A DNA stretch of 64,000 nt, from the NCBI GenBank assembly GCA_964462865.1, contig CAYWZO010000002.1, forward strand, positions 820-64,819, in the 5' to 3' direction. The translations under genes were made by a program, and so were the position numbers. Below, in pieces: positions 18,588-28,575 of this stretch. How positions within the stretch are numbered: position 1 is the stretch's first letter; each line of letters opens with the position of its first letter. This DNA is from an uncultured Dehalococcoidaceae bacterium (lineage in GTDB: Bacteria > Chloroflexota > Dehalococcoidia > Dehalococcoidales > RBG-16-60-22). A model generated the notes under the pieces. The model was not told the origin of the DNA. It saw only the letters and a program-made list of their open reading frames with translations, and did no database searches.

Positions 18588-21243
18588 GGGTACAAAGCTC
18601 CAATCGGGCGAAGGAGTAAAAGCTCATATCGCTGATGGTCAGCCGGTAGAAGCGGTGAGTCTCCGGCTCCGGCAGGAGGAATGATATCCAGTCTTCCGTT
18701 AATGCGGCCCGTTTCACCGCGAGAGTCGCCAGCGGCTTCCATGTCTCCCCGTCATCGCTGGACTCCAGGAGGGCTTTCGTCCCGTCCCACATATTTTTGG
18801 TTACACCGGAACGCGGCAGTATTCGCACCATGGCGACGGCACGCGCCTCACCAAGGTCCACGGATAGCCAGGCGGGGTTTTCTTGACGCGGGGTCTTCAG
18901 GTGCCAGAAGCCTTCAGTCCCGGGCTTGACCAGATTATCTTTCCCCTGGGTCGGGTGGTTGACCGAGCTGACCTCGATCTGCCCGGCCAGCAGCGGCAGG
19001 GCTACATAGCCACCGTCATCAAAACCCTGGACGCCCTTGACGACCGGGCCGACGGGCCCGGTCGTCAACCGCGGCAATGACGAATCAACCGTCTCCGAAG
19101 GCACTTCGGTCATGGCCAGCCTGCCCAGCGAAAAAAACGTCATATCGTGAACTTCCAGGCGGTAGTACCGGTAGGCGGCACTGCTGAACACCGGAAAAGT
19201 AATCCAGCCGTCGGCCAGGTAATCGCGGTCAATACCCAGCACGCCCAGGGGGCGCCAGGCGGCGCCGTCGTGGCTTGCCTGGAGCACCGCCCGGTTGCCG
19301 TCCCACATCTGCTCGGCATGGCCGGTACGCGGCCGGAGACGCAGCTCGGCGATGGCGGCCGCCCGGGGAAGTGATATGGTTATCCAGGCGGGGTTTTCCT
19401 CACGCGGGGTCTTCAGGTGCCAGAAGCCATCGGTGCCCCCCTGCACGAGAGCACCGGCCGGATTACGCGGGTCGATGGTGCTGGAGACTGCCAGCATCGA
19501 GGCATCCAGCTCAACGGAAGGGAACCGGCTTTCGCCGGTGCCCGCTTCTCCGAGTATCAATCGCGAAGTCCCCAGCGGGCCGGCGGAAATATCGACAATC
19601 AGGGGATACTGGTTTTCCGACCAGGCAATGATGGGATAATTGTCAGCCAGGTAACTCGCGAACTCCTGGAGGGTCTCCGCCGTGTCCGGCTGCACATGAT
19701 AGCTTCCGTAAAAGAAATAGCGTGGGTTGCTCACGCGCTGCCAGGCAGGGCTCTCACGGTTCACCGGGATAACGTAGGCCTGGGTGATATCCCGCTGTAT
19801 GAAAGCCTCGAAACTTATTTGCCCGATAGCGGGGGCGCGGGTAAAGTAGGCCACCTGGTGGGGCGTTATATTCGTCCAGAAGACCTCGCCCTGGAAATCG
19901 TTAAGTATCTTCATTTCAGGCGCGGCGAAATCGCGATTATAGGCACGTTCTTTGAACATATCGGGCCAGGTGCTGGCGACCGTCTGCCAGATGGTGACGG
20001 CGGCTACAACGGTGACCAGCAGCACCAGACTGCCGCGCACCGCCGGTATCCGTAACTTGCCTGCCGCGCTGAAAAATGAACGCAATGCGGCGATGCCTTC
20101 GCCGATGAAAAGGCCGCCGGTGACAGCCACCGGAACGGCGATGATGAAAGGCAAGGGATAGGCCGCCGCGGCCGCCGGCAGAACCAGGTAGAAGGACAGC
20201 GCGGCGAAGAAGAATGCGGCCAGCACACGTAAAGCTAGGTATCTGGACGTACCATGCCGGAAAACAGCCAGCGCGCCGAGCCCGACCAGCGGCAGCAGGA
20301 CGGCCACGATAAGCGGGGAAAACTGCGCCCAGATAGCCACAAACGGATTGCCGTTGTGGCCCACCGAGTGCACGCCCCAGAGTATCAGGTTGTTCTCCTG
20401 TGAGAAGGCGCGGAGAACCTCACGCGCCGGCTCGCCGAAGACACGGTTGCCGATAGAGGAAACAATGTCTTCCCAGGCGACGCCCGGACCGAGCACGGCG
20501 GCATTCTGGATAATGTGCACCAGCACCCCGCCGCAGGCGATACCGGCCAGCAACAATACGCGCCGGAGGGTGAAACCGGGAAGGCGGACTATCCAGAGAC
20601 CAACCAGCGTGACGATAAGGACGAGCATCTGGATATAATTCATCCACGATACGACCAGTACGCAAGCGGCAGCCAGCCACAGGAAACGGGGACGGTCACC
20701 GGAGCGGGAGAATGCCCACAACGCCAGGAAAAAGAGCCCCAGCCAGTAGGCATGCGTGGTGTGGTCCATCATAGGCAGGACATGGCGGGCATTGAGTGCC
20801 AGCAGGCCGACCGCGGCAATACCATGCCAGGGCGTAAACAGCCGCCAGAAGAAGGCCAGCATGGCCACCAGTCCGAGGATAAAAACGGCTATCATTATCA
20901 GGCGCACCTCGGGCAGGGTGTCCACTCCCGCCGAAATGAGACCCCCGATGATGATGATGGGCAGGGACGGCATGTGGGTGTAGTATACCGGCGGGGCGTC
21001 CGGGGAGAAGTCCAGGGAATGGTCGGTCAGCAGACCGCGCTCTAAGAAACCATGCACCACGAAATTGTACCCGCCCATGTAATCGAGGAAGGCCTCCTCC
21101 GGCGCAAAATCATCCACATGGGAAGAATCCCTGACCCAGAAAGTGAGGGCCATACCGGCAATGGCGGCAATGACGGCACCGGCCACGATAAAAGGCCAGA
21201 CCCTTTGCCGAAATCCCCTTGTTGTCCCCGCCGATGTCATCAT
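18580..21243 (-). CDS. Polytopic membrane protein (YYTH-motif family) with two C-terminal discoidin-like domains
   Basis: The N-terminal 430 aa are collinear with 15211-17409 (APEEAFLDYMGGYNF...DAPPVYYTHMPS). The C-terminus holds two copies of GFWHLKTPREENPAW...LR(L/I)(R/L)PR...S(H/D)DG..W.PL...YR(Y/F)YRL. Confidence 0.7.
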   Translation of the reverse strand: MMTSAGTTRGFRQRVWPFIVAGAVIAAIAGMALTFWVRDSSHVDDFAPEEAFLDYMGGYNFVVHGFLERGLLTDHSLDFSPDAPPVYYTHMPSLPIIIIGGLISAGVDTLPEVRLIMIAVFILGLVAMLAFFWRLFTPWHGIAAVGLLALNARHVLPMMDHTTHAYWLGLFFLALWAFSRSGDRPRFLWLAAACVLVVSWMNYIQMLVLIVTLVGLWIVRLPGFTLRRVLLLAGIACGGVLVHIIQNAAVLGPGVAWEDIVSSIGNRVFGEPAREVLRAFSQENNLILWGVHSVGHNGNPFVAIWAQFSPLIVAVLLPLVGLGALAVFRHGTSRYLALRVLAAFFFAALSFYLVLPAAAAAYPLPFIIAVPVAVTGGLFIGEGIAALRSFFSAAGKLRIPAVRGSLVLLVTVVAAVTIWQTVASTWPDMFKERAYNRDFAAPEMKILNDFQGEVFWTNITPHQVAYFTRAPAIGQISFEAFIQRDITQAYVIPVNRESPAWQRVSNPRYFFYGSYHVQPDTAETLQEFASYLADNYPIIAWSENQYPLIVDISAGPLGTSRLILGEAGTGESRFPSVELDASMLAVSSTIDPRNPAGALVQGGTDGFWHLKTPREENPAWITISLPRAAAIAELRLRPRTGHAEQMWDGNRAVLQASHDGAAWRPLGVLGIDRDYLADGWITFPVFSSAAYRYYRLEVHDMTFFSLGRLAMTEVPSETVDSSLPRLTTGPVGPVVKGVQGFDDGGYVALPLLAGQIEVSSVNHPTQGKDNLVKPGTEGFWHLKTPRQENPAWLSVDLGEARAVAMVRILPRSGVTKNMWDGTKALLESSDDGETWKPLATLAVKRAALTEDWISFLLPEPETHRFYRLTISDMSFYSFARLELCTHE

Positions 21244-23132
21244 CCTGAAGTCTCTCCGTGAAAAGTCGCCAGGTAATTCTTGAACTTTATGTCATCTACC
21301 CGGAAAAGATAGAAGCTCCGGGGTGCGAAAGATGCGGTATCCCCGTAAGGCACGGGGATGGTGCCGTAAAGTCCCGTCCAGTAATCGGCTTCGTAGAATG
21401 TAACCGCTGTTCCCCCGATGTTCTGCGCCCAGCGGCCGTAGTCCCTGCCGATGCCGCCATCATCTACCAGCACGTAAAGAGCCACGCGGCTGGCCGGATT
21501 ATCTGCTGACAGCCCGGCGCGAATATCCGCTAACTCTTTAATGGCCGTCACCGCCTGTCCTGTATCTCTGGTGTACTCTACCCTCCGTCCCGATTCGTAC
21601 TCGTAACCGGGGAAGGGGTAACGGGGGTGGCCGGTCTCCGCCACGCGGAAGTTCGTCAATACGATGTCCCCGTACTCGGTATTCTCGCCGATAAATCCGC
21701 CCAGCGCCTTGATTTCAGCGGGATAGACGCCGTCGTACATGTCCAGGCGCTGGTCATGCTCGGAAAAGCGGAAAGGCCGGCCGGAAAGCCGGTCCTGAAG
21801 AGTCGGAACGATGATGATAACAACCACCAGCAGCACCAGGACACGCACTGCCAGCTTCTCGGTATTCAGGCGGAAATAGTGATAGATATTGACAACGCAA
21901 TAGCCCAGCGCCAGCCCGAAGAAGGGCAGCACCGGCCGGTAGGCCGAACCGGCCTGGGTCACCGTGGACTGCAACATCAGCACCCAGAAGGAGCCACCCG
22001 CTATAAAGAAGACCAGCAGCAGCCACCACTGGGACCAGAGACCGCTGGCCGTAGCCTCCTGATTCTGCCGCCGCAACCGCCAGGCCAGCCAGCCGGACAC
22101 AGCCAGCAGGGCCAGCAGGATGCCTATTTCGAACCTCATGTTATTCCAGAGGTCGGCCTCGATCTTACGCAAGGCTTCCCAGATGGTGAAACCGCGGTAG
22201 TCTATTTCCTCGGCCAGCTGGAAGCCGGTGGTCCGTCGCATGAGCGCGGAGGTATAATCAATGAAGGCGTTCCTGACGCCGCCCAGGGCCGCCGCTACCT
22301 GGATAAAATGGCCTACCTGCCCCACTACCGGTGCCGCGATGATGAGGACAGCGGTACGCCACCTCTGCAGCACCTTACGCCCGTGGCGGGCCCAGAGGTA
22401 ACCGAGCCCAAAAACGCCTGCCCAGGGAATGAACTCCGGAGAATTTACAGATAGCAGGGCGAACATCAGCCAGGCGCCGGCATAGGGAATATAGCGTTTC
22501 CATCCGGTGGCGCCGGGGCGGCTCTCGGCCAGCACAAACAGAAAAGCGGCGCTGAAGGCGAAGAAAATATCGTACACATATACGGAAATATTATCGAAAA
22601 AGCGTAAAAATACCAGGCTGCTGCCCATAACCACGGTGCTGACCAGAGAGATGCCGCGGCCGAACAGCCGCAGCGCCGTGAGATACCAGAGTAACAACGA
22701 AAAGACCGAAAAAAAGGCCGCGATTTTATACAGCACCGGCAGTCCACCGACCCCAAGCTTTTCCCAGATTCCCACCACTATCGCGTCGAACGGTCCGTAG
22801 TGCGTGTAATAAATGCTGGCGTTGCGTACCTCCGGCAGCTCCGTCTGATAGGCATACCAGCCGCGGGAGAACTCCGGGTACCCGACGGTCATGTTGGAGA
22901 GGAAATAATGCCGGGCGAACCCTTCCTCCGCGAAGCGGTCCCCGGCCATGAGAATCAGGTAATCATTAAAGGGCGTAAAGCTTAAACGTTCGCCGCCTTC
23001 CGGTTGCGAATACGCCGGCCGGTCTATCTTGACCAAGCCCCAGATAAGCAAGCAGACCAGGAACAGCCCCAGAGCCAGGTGCTGCCAGTTATTCTTGAGC
23101 CAGGTACAGGTATTCTTTATCTTTGCGGGCAT
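21240..23132 (-). CDS. Polytopic membrane protein, divergent third member of the YYTH-motif family (no lectin domain)
   Basis: The first loop reads FNDYLILMAGDRFAEEGF...ASIYYTHYGPF, followed by about 11 further TM segments and a C-terminal soluble domain. ATGATGA overlap with the next gene. Confidence 0.6.
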   Translation of the reverse strand: MPAKIKNTCTWLKNNWQHLALGLFLVCLLIWGLVKIDRPAYSQPEGGERLSFTPFNDYLILMAGDRFAEEGFARHYFLSNMTVGYPEFSRGWYAYQTELPEVRNASIYYTHYGPFDAIVVGIWEKLGVGGLPVLYKIAAFFSVFSLLLWYLTALRLFGRGISLVSTVVMGSSLVFLRFFDNISVYVYDIFFAFSAAFLFVLAESRPGATGWKRYIPYAGAWLMFALLSVNSPEFIPWAGVFGLGYLWARHGRKVLQRWRTAVLIIAAPVVGQVGHFIQVAAALGGVRNAFIDYTSALMRRTTGFQLAEEIDYRGFTIWEALRKIEADLWNNMRFEIGILLALLAVSGWLAWRLRRQNQEATASGLWSQWWLLLVFFIAGGSFWVLMLQSTVTQAGSAYRPVLPFFGLALGYCVVNIYHYFRLNTEKLAVRVLVLLVVVIIIVPTLQDRLSGRPFRFSEHDQRLDMYDGVYPAEIKALGGFIGENTEYGDIVLTNFRVAETGHPRYPFPGYEYESGRRVEYTRDTGQAVTAIKELADIRAGLSADNPASRVALYVLVDDGGIGRDYGRWAQNIGGTAVTFYEADYWTGLYGTIPVPYGDTASFAPRSFYLFRVDDIKFKNYLATFHGETSG

Positions 23133-24408
23133 AGTTTTCTCTCACAGACACGGCCGGTTTCCGGGTTGCCAGGTAGGGCAGGCCGATGGTAAAAATAGTC
23201 AGATTGCCGAAAAAGATTACCCAGATGACCTGCGTCAGCGTCTCATGTTGGAGCACGATGGCCAGTACCTCGGCCAGAGTAATAAGGTCGACCAGGAACA
23301 TCATGCGCATTTGCCGGATGGCCAGGCAATAGTGCATCAGCACGATATTAAGGGAAAAGAACAGCATGGCCACGGCATAGAGGCTGACCATGGACAATGC
23401 TCCGGCGTACGAATCGCCGAACAGTATGATTAAAATATCCGGGAAGAGCCAGTAGACCAGCACGACGAGCCCGGACAGGAACAGTACCAGACCCAGGCAT
23501 TTAAATAGCAACGGCCGGGCGTCCTGTCCCAGGGTTGAGGCTTCGGTTGCCTTGGGAAGCAGGACGAAGGAGACAGCCATGGGCAGGAAATAGACCACTT
23601 TGCCCAGGGTGGCCATCGCCGTATACATCCCCGCCTCGGTACCGGGGAAATAATGCTTGACCAGCATGATATCGATATTGGAAGGGAGCGCCAGGAACAC
23701 GGCCAGCACCAGCGTCGGGAATAATACCGGACCAAGCTTCAAAGGCTGGCCCGCCGCCTTCCTGAATCCTGTATTCATGGAGCCCCGCCCGATGAACATG
23801 CCAACGATGATGGCCAGGCCGCTGGAGACCACCAGTACCCCGATAGCCCCGAGCAACCCCCAGCTGATATATACCAGCACCACCCCGAGCACCAGTTTCA
23901 GGACCTGGGGAGTGAGGTAGCCGGTGATACCTACATGCCGGAACCTGGCCAGTCCCTGCTGCATCCCCAGGAGGATATTGAGCAACAGTGAGGCTAGGAT
24001 GGAAAAGACCAGAAGGACCACCGGCACGACGCTGTCCAGGTGAAAGAAATGGGTGATGGGCACTGAAGCTGCCAGGCAGGCAATGGTAATAAGCAAGCAA
24101 ATAACGGCCAGCTTTATAGACAGCTTTAAAAAGCTGCCGATGGCAACTGTCTCATCGTGGCGTGCTTTTATCTCGGCGATGTTGGTAGCGATGGCCTGCA
24201 TCAGCGCCTGGCCGAAAAGGCCGGTGATGAGAAAAATGGCGTACAGGGCTCCGAGACTGCCGAAATCTTCCGGCCCCAGCAGCCTGCCCATCATAATCTG
24301 GTAAATATAAGAAAAGACGAAGCCGGCCGCCACGGCGAACAGCAAAAATCCGGCCTCGGAAGCGGCGGTTTTCCGCAGGAAAAGGAGATAGCGCTGCCCC
24401 CTGGTCAT
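23089..24408 (-). CDS. MOP-superfamily polysaccharide flippase (Wzx-like)
   Basis: About 12-14 TM segments with typical Wzx-like spacing (RLLGPEDFG..., LLPKATEA...). The start is uncertain: ATG 24408, ATG 24447 or TTG 24489. Confidence 0.7.
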   Translation of the reverse strand: MTRGQRYLLFLRKTAASEAGFLLFAVAAGFVFSYIYQIMMGRLLGPEDFGSLGALYAIFLITGLFGQALMQAIATNIAEIKARHDETVAIGSFLKLSIKLAVICLLITIACLAASVPITHFFHLDSVVPVVLLVFSILASLLLNILLGMQQGLARFRHVGITGYLTPQVLKLVLGVVLVYISWGLLGAIGVLVVSSGLAIIVGMFIGRGSMNTGFRKAAGQPLKLGPVLFPTLVLAVFLALPSNIDIMLVKHYFPGTEAGMYTAMATLGKVVYFLPMAVSFVLLPKATEASTLGQDARPLLFKCLGLVLFLSGLVVLVYWLFPDILIILFGDSYAGALSMVSLYAVAMLFFSLNIVLMHYCLAIRQMRMMFLVDLITLAEVLAIVLQHETLTQVIWVIFFGNLTIFTIGLPYLATRKPAVSVRENYARKDKEYLYLAQE

Positions 24409-24436
24409 GTTGTCATCTTCAGCGATATTTCTCTGG

Positions 24437-27400
24437 TCAGTTATCATAACATCTGGTCCACTGGTCGGACGGTTCGTCGCGGCGGTCAATACCGTTCGCC
24501 GAGAGTGTCATATCCGAGACAGCCAGGTCCGGATAGGTGAAGACCGGTTTCTTGATATACCGGAGCAGACCGTACTGGTTGCCCGCCAGCCGGCCCCCTT
24601 TAACGGTTACCAGGCTGGCATCCTTGACGGCGATACCGGTATGGCAGGAAGTCGCGCTGACGTTCTCCAGCGTAACGGCGCTCCCCTCGCCGATGGAAAC
24701 CCCCTTGTCCCCGGCGCCGGTCAACCTGGCTCCCCGCACGGCAACCAGGCTCCCCGAGAAATCCAGGGCATCGCCGCCGGGCCCGGTGATATCAATATCC
24801 GTGATATGGCCATAGCTCCAGTCAGAATCTACGGCATCGGAGCGGCTGTTGTTGACGACGAGCCTGCTAATCTCAAATATGGCGCCGCTAAGGTGCAGCC
24901 CGTCCTCGGATGAAAAATCCTGTAACGCGGTATCGGCCAGCACCACCGAAGTACCTATAAAACTTAGCCCGCCGGAAAACTGGACATCACCCATCGTCCC
25001 GGCGGCGGCCCGGCTCATCCTGACGTAGCGGAATTCGCTGGTACCGGGGGCATCGACCACAGCGACCCCGGCCCATGCCGTGTTTTCTTCTGCCGCTGCC
25101 AGTATAATGGGTGACGTAGCGCTCCCGATGGCGCGTATCGGGCTGTAGGAAAGTATGCCGGCATGCGGCGTGAACCGCAGGCTGTCGCCCGGCTCAAGCT
25201 CCAGCACGTAACCCCTGGGGATGGTGAGTACCCCGGATATCACCGCTTCCTTTTCTTTAAAACGGATTATCGGCGGCTGGCCACCGCCTGACGGGCTTAT
25301 CTCAAGTACTCCCTTTTCTACTAATTCTGCAACGGTAATCTCGGCCGCCAGCGGCTCCCACTCGCTTGCCCGAAATTTCACTTCGGCTACGGAAAAGAAC
25401 GATGGGTCATTAATGACAATACGGTAGTATCTATAGGCGGTGGTATTGGGAATAATATATTGTAACCAATCATATCCCGCGATGCCGAGTTTGGCTTTAT
25501 CAACCGCCAATCTGGCGATGCTGACCCAGCTAGACTCATCGTTCCGGTGATTACTGCCCTGGAGAACGGCATGGTCCTGGTCCCAGAATTGGCCGGTGGC
25601 CCTTTGCCGGGGGAGAATGGCCAGGCCGTTTATGGTAACCGGCTCGCTGAATTCGAACTTAATCCAGTGCCTGGGGGACTCCTGGGGATTTGCCACATGC
25701 CAGAAGTTAAACGGGTCCCCGTCAACCAGGCAATCACCAGCATGAGGCGACAGGAAATCGCTTACCGACAGAGATGCCGATGACGGCAGGCTTTGGTAGC
25801 TGTCGTGAGATTCAATCGGCAAATAGGTCTGGTTGAGATGATGAACTGCCACTTTCATCGCTGACAGGCTGGCAGCATCTGACTTTGCCAGTTCATTAGC
25901 ATCTAGCTGCAGCCAGCGGGTACCATTCTCCGCAAATTCCACCTCTACCAGAACGCAGTTTGGTACGGCATCGTCCGCCGGCCCGCCCAGCAAGGCCTTA
26001 AGAGCACCCGTCCAGACCATAGGTGAGTCAAGCTCCGACCGGCTCCCGCCGAGAGGTCCGGCGGCGCCAAGTTGTATTGTGGTGTATTGCGCCGGCACCG
26101 GCACCTCACCGAGCCTCCAGATGGCGCGAACCGAAGACGGTAAAACACTTTTATCTTCCGAGTTGAGCCACCGCAGGCTGGCAAGGTCAAGAGTAACCGT
26201 TTGCGACGAGAAATTGGACACCAGCAGGGTGAGATAGTACTTTCCCGCGCTTTCTTCCAGGCCCAGGGGTAGTATTACTACATCAGGCATGGCAGTATCC
26301 TGTGGCAATATCCCTGTCCGTGCCGCTGCCGTAGCCTGCGGCGCGAATCCGCTGACCACGATATGCCGTGTTGCCGGCAGCAGGTAGGCACCGCCCAGCG
26401 TTATGGCGGGGTTTGCCTCCAGCCAGCCGAGGAACTCGTCATACCGGCCGGCCGGTACCTGTACGTCGATAAAGGGCACCAGCGTGGTCGTCGCATCGGC
26501 ATTAGGGAAGCGTAGCCTCTCCAGGCCGAGGAAACGCCGGGCGGCCTCCCCGGTCAGGGTGAACGAATCTGCGTCCGGTTCGCTGATGTCAACGGAAACT
26601 ACCGCCGGGAAAAGGAGCGACGGCGAAAGATACCGGCCGCCGGGCAGTATGGTGTTCCCGTCAACCTGTACATATTCCGGCAGGGAAAGCCGCGCCGAAA
26701 ATGGGCTCAGATTATAGAGCGAAACGGTCCTGGCGTCCGGGCTGGTTGTCGCCCCCGGTGGGTCAGCGTCCACCAGCAGGTAGCTCCTCTCCAGGAGTGC
26801 CGGGATGGTCCTCGGCGTGATAAGCCGGTTATTAACGGCTATATCGACCTGCTCCGTGAGCCAGCTTAGCTCATCGGGCAGTTCCCGTACGGCGGCGCCA
26901 AACCCGGGCAGGGTGAAGCTTTCACCGGTGGTGAGAAAGGGCCTGACGGCAGCGAAGGCGGACTGCATCCTGGCAGCCAAGCGCCGCTGTATGGCCAGGT
27001 CGGCGGTATAGAGCAGATAGCGGTCGAACAGCTCGCGGTTCTCCGGTATTTTCAAAAACTGGTGCACTGCCGGGTGCGCGTTGGCAATCGGGACCGTCCA
27101 CGGCGTATATGCCAACAGGTCGGGCTCCTCGTCACGGGGAAAAAGGGCGGGGGTGGAGTACGGCGCGCCCTCAATGAGGCCCGTGCCCAGCCACCAGCTG
27201 GTGTGTACCAGCAGGCCAGGCCAGGTTTCCGTCTCGGCGTGAATATTAAGGTCGTGGCTCAACGGCTCCGGGGAACCCAGGTAAGGGTGGCGGTAAAACC
27301 ACAGGTTGCCCACGGTCAGGCCGTGCGTTGCCTGGAGCCGGCTGCTGAAGGCCAGGTTCTTGGCGAAATTGACATTATCGAGCGTGGCGGCGAAGGTGGC

Positions 27401-28561
27401 GGAGAATTCCTCTTCCCGGGTTATCGGTGCCTGTTCTTGCAGGCCGGTGGGTGGGGGCGGGTCAGCAAGTAAGTTAGTAGTCTTGGAGACCTGCCCGTCG
27501 TAGCGCTGCACCCCGGCAAAAAATCCGTCCGATTTGGGGTCCTCCACCAGCCGGTATATTCCCATCTCCCGGCCGTTTAGGGAGGCACGCACCAGGATAC
27601 AGCGCGGCTCGAGGAGCCCTTCGTCGTACATCAGCGACTCCGCCACGTAGTCGAGGAGGCCTTCCTGGGTGCGTATGCTGTGCAGCTTGAAACGGGACAT
27701 GCCGAAGAGCAGCGGGCCGGAAACTACCTTGCCGGTAAAGGAGGGCGTTTCTTCACTGAAATTAATCCAGATACCCACGCCGGACTCCCAGAGCTGTACG
27801 GTGGTGCGCCCGCTCTCGGTCACCACGTCCGCCAGTACCCGCTTGAAGCCGGTGGTCTCCACGGCGAGCTGGCCGCTCTTGAGTTGCTCCAGAAGGGCCG
27901 CCCGCTGGATGTCCCAGGAGAGATACGTCGCCTCGGACATCTGTATCGCCAGGGTGGGGATACCTGTGGTTACGGCGGGAATCTTTAACTCCGGTGGGTC
28001 GTGGGTTTCGGTAGCGCGGGCAGTCAGCGTGAACCCCGCGTCCAGCCTCCCCCCGCAGGACAGTACCAGCTTGTAGAGACCCCCGGGCACCTTAACCTCC
28101 AGGTTGCCAGCAACGTCCTTCCGGAACCCTACCGGGCGCTCCAGGCAATCGAACAGCGTGAGTACCAGCGGGGTAGCCACCGCGCCGGTGTCCCATCGCA
28201 GTTTAAGAGTGTAGTTGCCGCCCGCCTCTCCCACGTTCAGGCGAATCCCGCTTTTTGAGAGAACGCCGGCGGACACGGTCGCCACCGCAGGTATCAAAGG
28301 TTTCAGGTCAGCTATCTCGCCGGCCTTGACCTCAATATCCCACATATAATCAGGTAACGAGTAAGGGGCGCTGGTGACGCCGATGGTATTTCCGGAAGAC
28401 TGCAGCCTGGAGACCTCACCGGCAATGGCACCCCGGCCGATTTCCCGCAGACCGGGCATCAGCGTCAGCAGCAGGATGGCCGCTACCAGAACGGCCAGTC
28501 CGGCCAGTAGGGCCCCTGCCCCGGGGAGTTTTTTCACGGCGTTCAGACCAGCTTTTTTCAT
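24437..28561 (-). CDS. Giant membrane-anchored extracytoplasmic protein: CotH-kinase-like domain + discoidin-like domain + C-terminal right-handed beta-helix (PbH1) repeats
   Basis: N-terminal TM anchor. CotH-like block FKLHSIRTQEGLLDYVAESLMYDEGLLEPRCILVRASLNGREMGIYRLVEDP and NLWFYRHPY...SHDLN. Canonical discoidin start CLVDGDPFNFWHVANP...YRYYRIVIND. C-terminal repeats DALDFSGS...GDKGVSIGEGS...TGIAVKDAS. Confidence 0.65.
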   Translation of the reverse strand: MKKAGLNAVKKLPGAGALLAGLAVLVAAILLLTLMPGLREIGRGAIAGEVSRLQSSGNTIGVTSAPYSLPDYMWDIEVKAGEIADLKPLIPAVATVSAGVLSKSGIRLNVGEAGGNYTLKLRWDTGAVATPLVLTLFDCLERPVGFRKDVAGNLEVKVPGGLYKLVLSCGGRLDAGFTLTARATETHDPPELKIPAVTTGIPTLAIQMSEATYLSWDIQRAALLEQLKSGQLAVETTGFKRVLADVVTESGRTTVQLWESGVGIWINFSEETPSFTGKVVSGPLLFGMSRFKLHSIRTQEGLLDYVAESLMYDEGLLEPRCILVRASLNGREMGIYRLVEDPKSDGFFAGVQRYDGQVSKTTNLLADPPPPTGLQEQAPITREEEFSATFAATLDNVNFAKNLAFSSRLQATHGLTVGNLWFYRHPYLGSPEPLSHDLNIHAETETWPGLLVHTSWWLGTGLIEGAPYSTPALFPRDEEPDLLAYTPWTVPIANAHPAVHQFLKIPENRELFDRYLLYTADLAIQRRLAARMQSAFAAVRPFLTTGESFTLPGFGAAVRELPDELSWLTEQVDIAVNNRLITPRTIPALLERSYLLVDADPPGATTSPDARTVSLYNLSPFSARLSLPEYVQVDGNTILPGGRYLSPSLLFPAVVSVDISEPDADSFTLTGEAARRFLGLERLRFPNADATTTLVPFIDVQVPAGRYDEFLGWLEANPAITLGGAYLLPATRHIVVSGFAPQATAAARTGILPQDTAMPDVVILPLGLEESAGKYYLTLLVSNFSSQTVTLDLASLRWLNSEDKSVLPSSVRAIWRLGEVPVPAQYTTIQLGAAGPLGGSRSELDSPMVWTGALKALLGGPADDAVPNCVLVEVEFAENGTRWLQLDANELAKSDAASLSAMKVAVHHLNQTYLPIESHDSYQSLPSSASLSVSDFLSPHAGDCLVDGDPFNFWHVANPQESPRHWIKFEFSEPVTINGLAILPRQRATGQFWDQDHAVLQGSNHRNDESSWVSIARLAVDKAKLGIAGYDWLQYIIPNTTAYRYYRIVINDPSFFSVAEVKFRASEWEPLAAEITVAELVEKGVLEISPSGGGQPPIIRFKEKEAVISGVLTIPRGYVLELEPGDSLRFTPHAGILSYSPIRAIGSATSPIILAAAEENTAWAGVAVVDAPGTSEFRYVRMSRAAAGTMGDVQFSGGLSFIGTSVVLADTALQDFSSEDGLHLSGAIFEISRLVVNNSRSDAVDSDWSYGHITDIDITGPGGDALDFSGSLVAVRGARLTGAGDKGVSIGEGSAVTLENVSATSCHTGIAVKDASLVTVKGGRLAGNQYGLLRYIKKPVFTYPDLAVSDMTLSANGIDRRDEPSDQWTRCYDN

Positions 28562-28575
28562 CTCCGATTAACCAG

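Noticed and set aside
15073-22454. Series of plus-strand ORFs (15073-16068, 16453-17184, 19417-20055, 20515-21045, 21627-22454)
   Set aside because: All of them lie antisense to the long minus-strand membrane-protein genes, whose TM periodicity and paralogy are coherent. The plus-strand translations are His/Gly/Arg/Pro-rich and carry no motifs.
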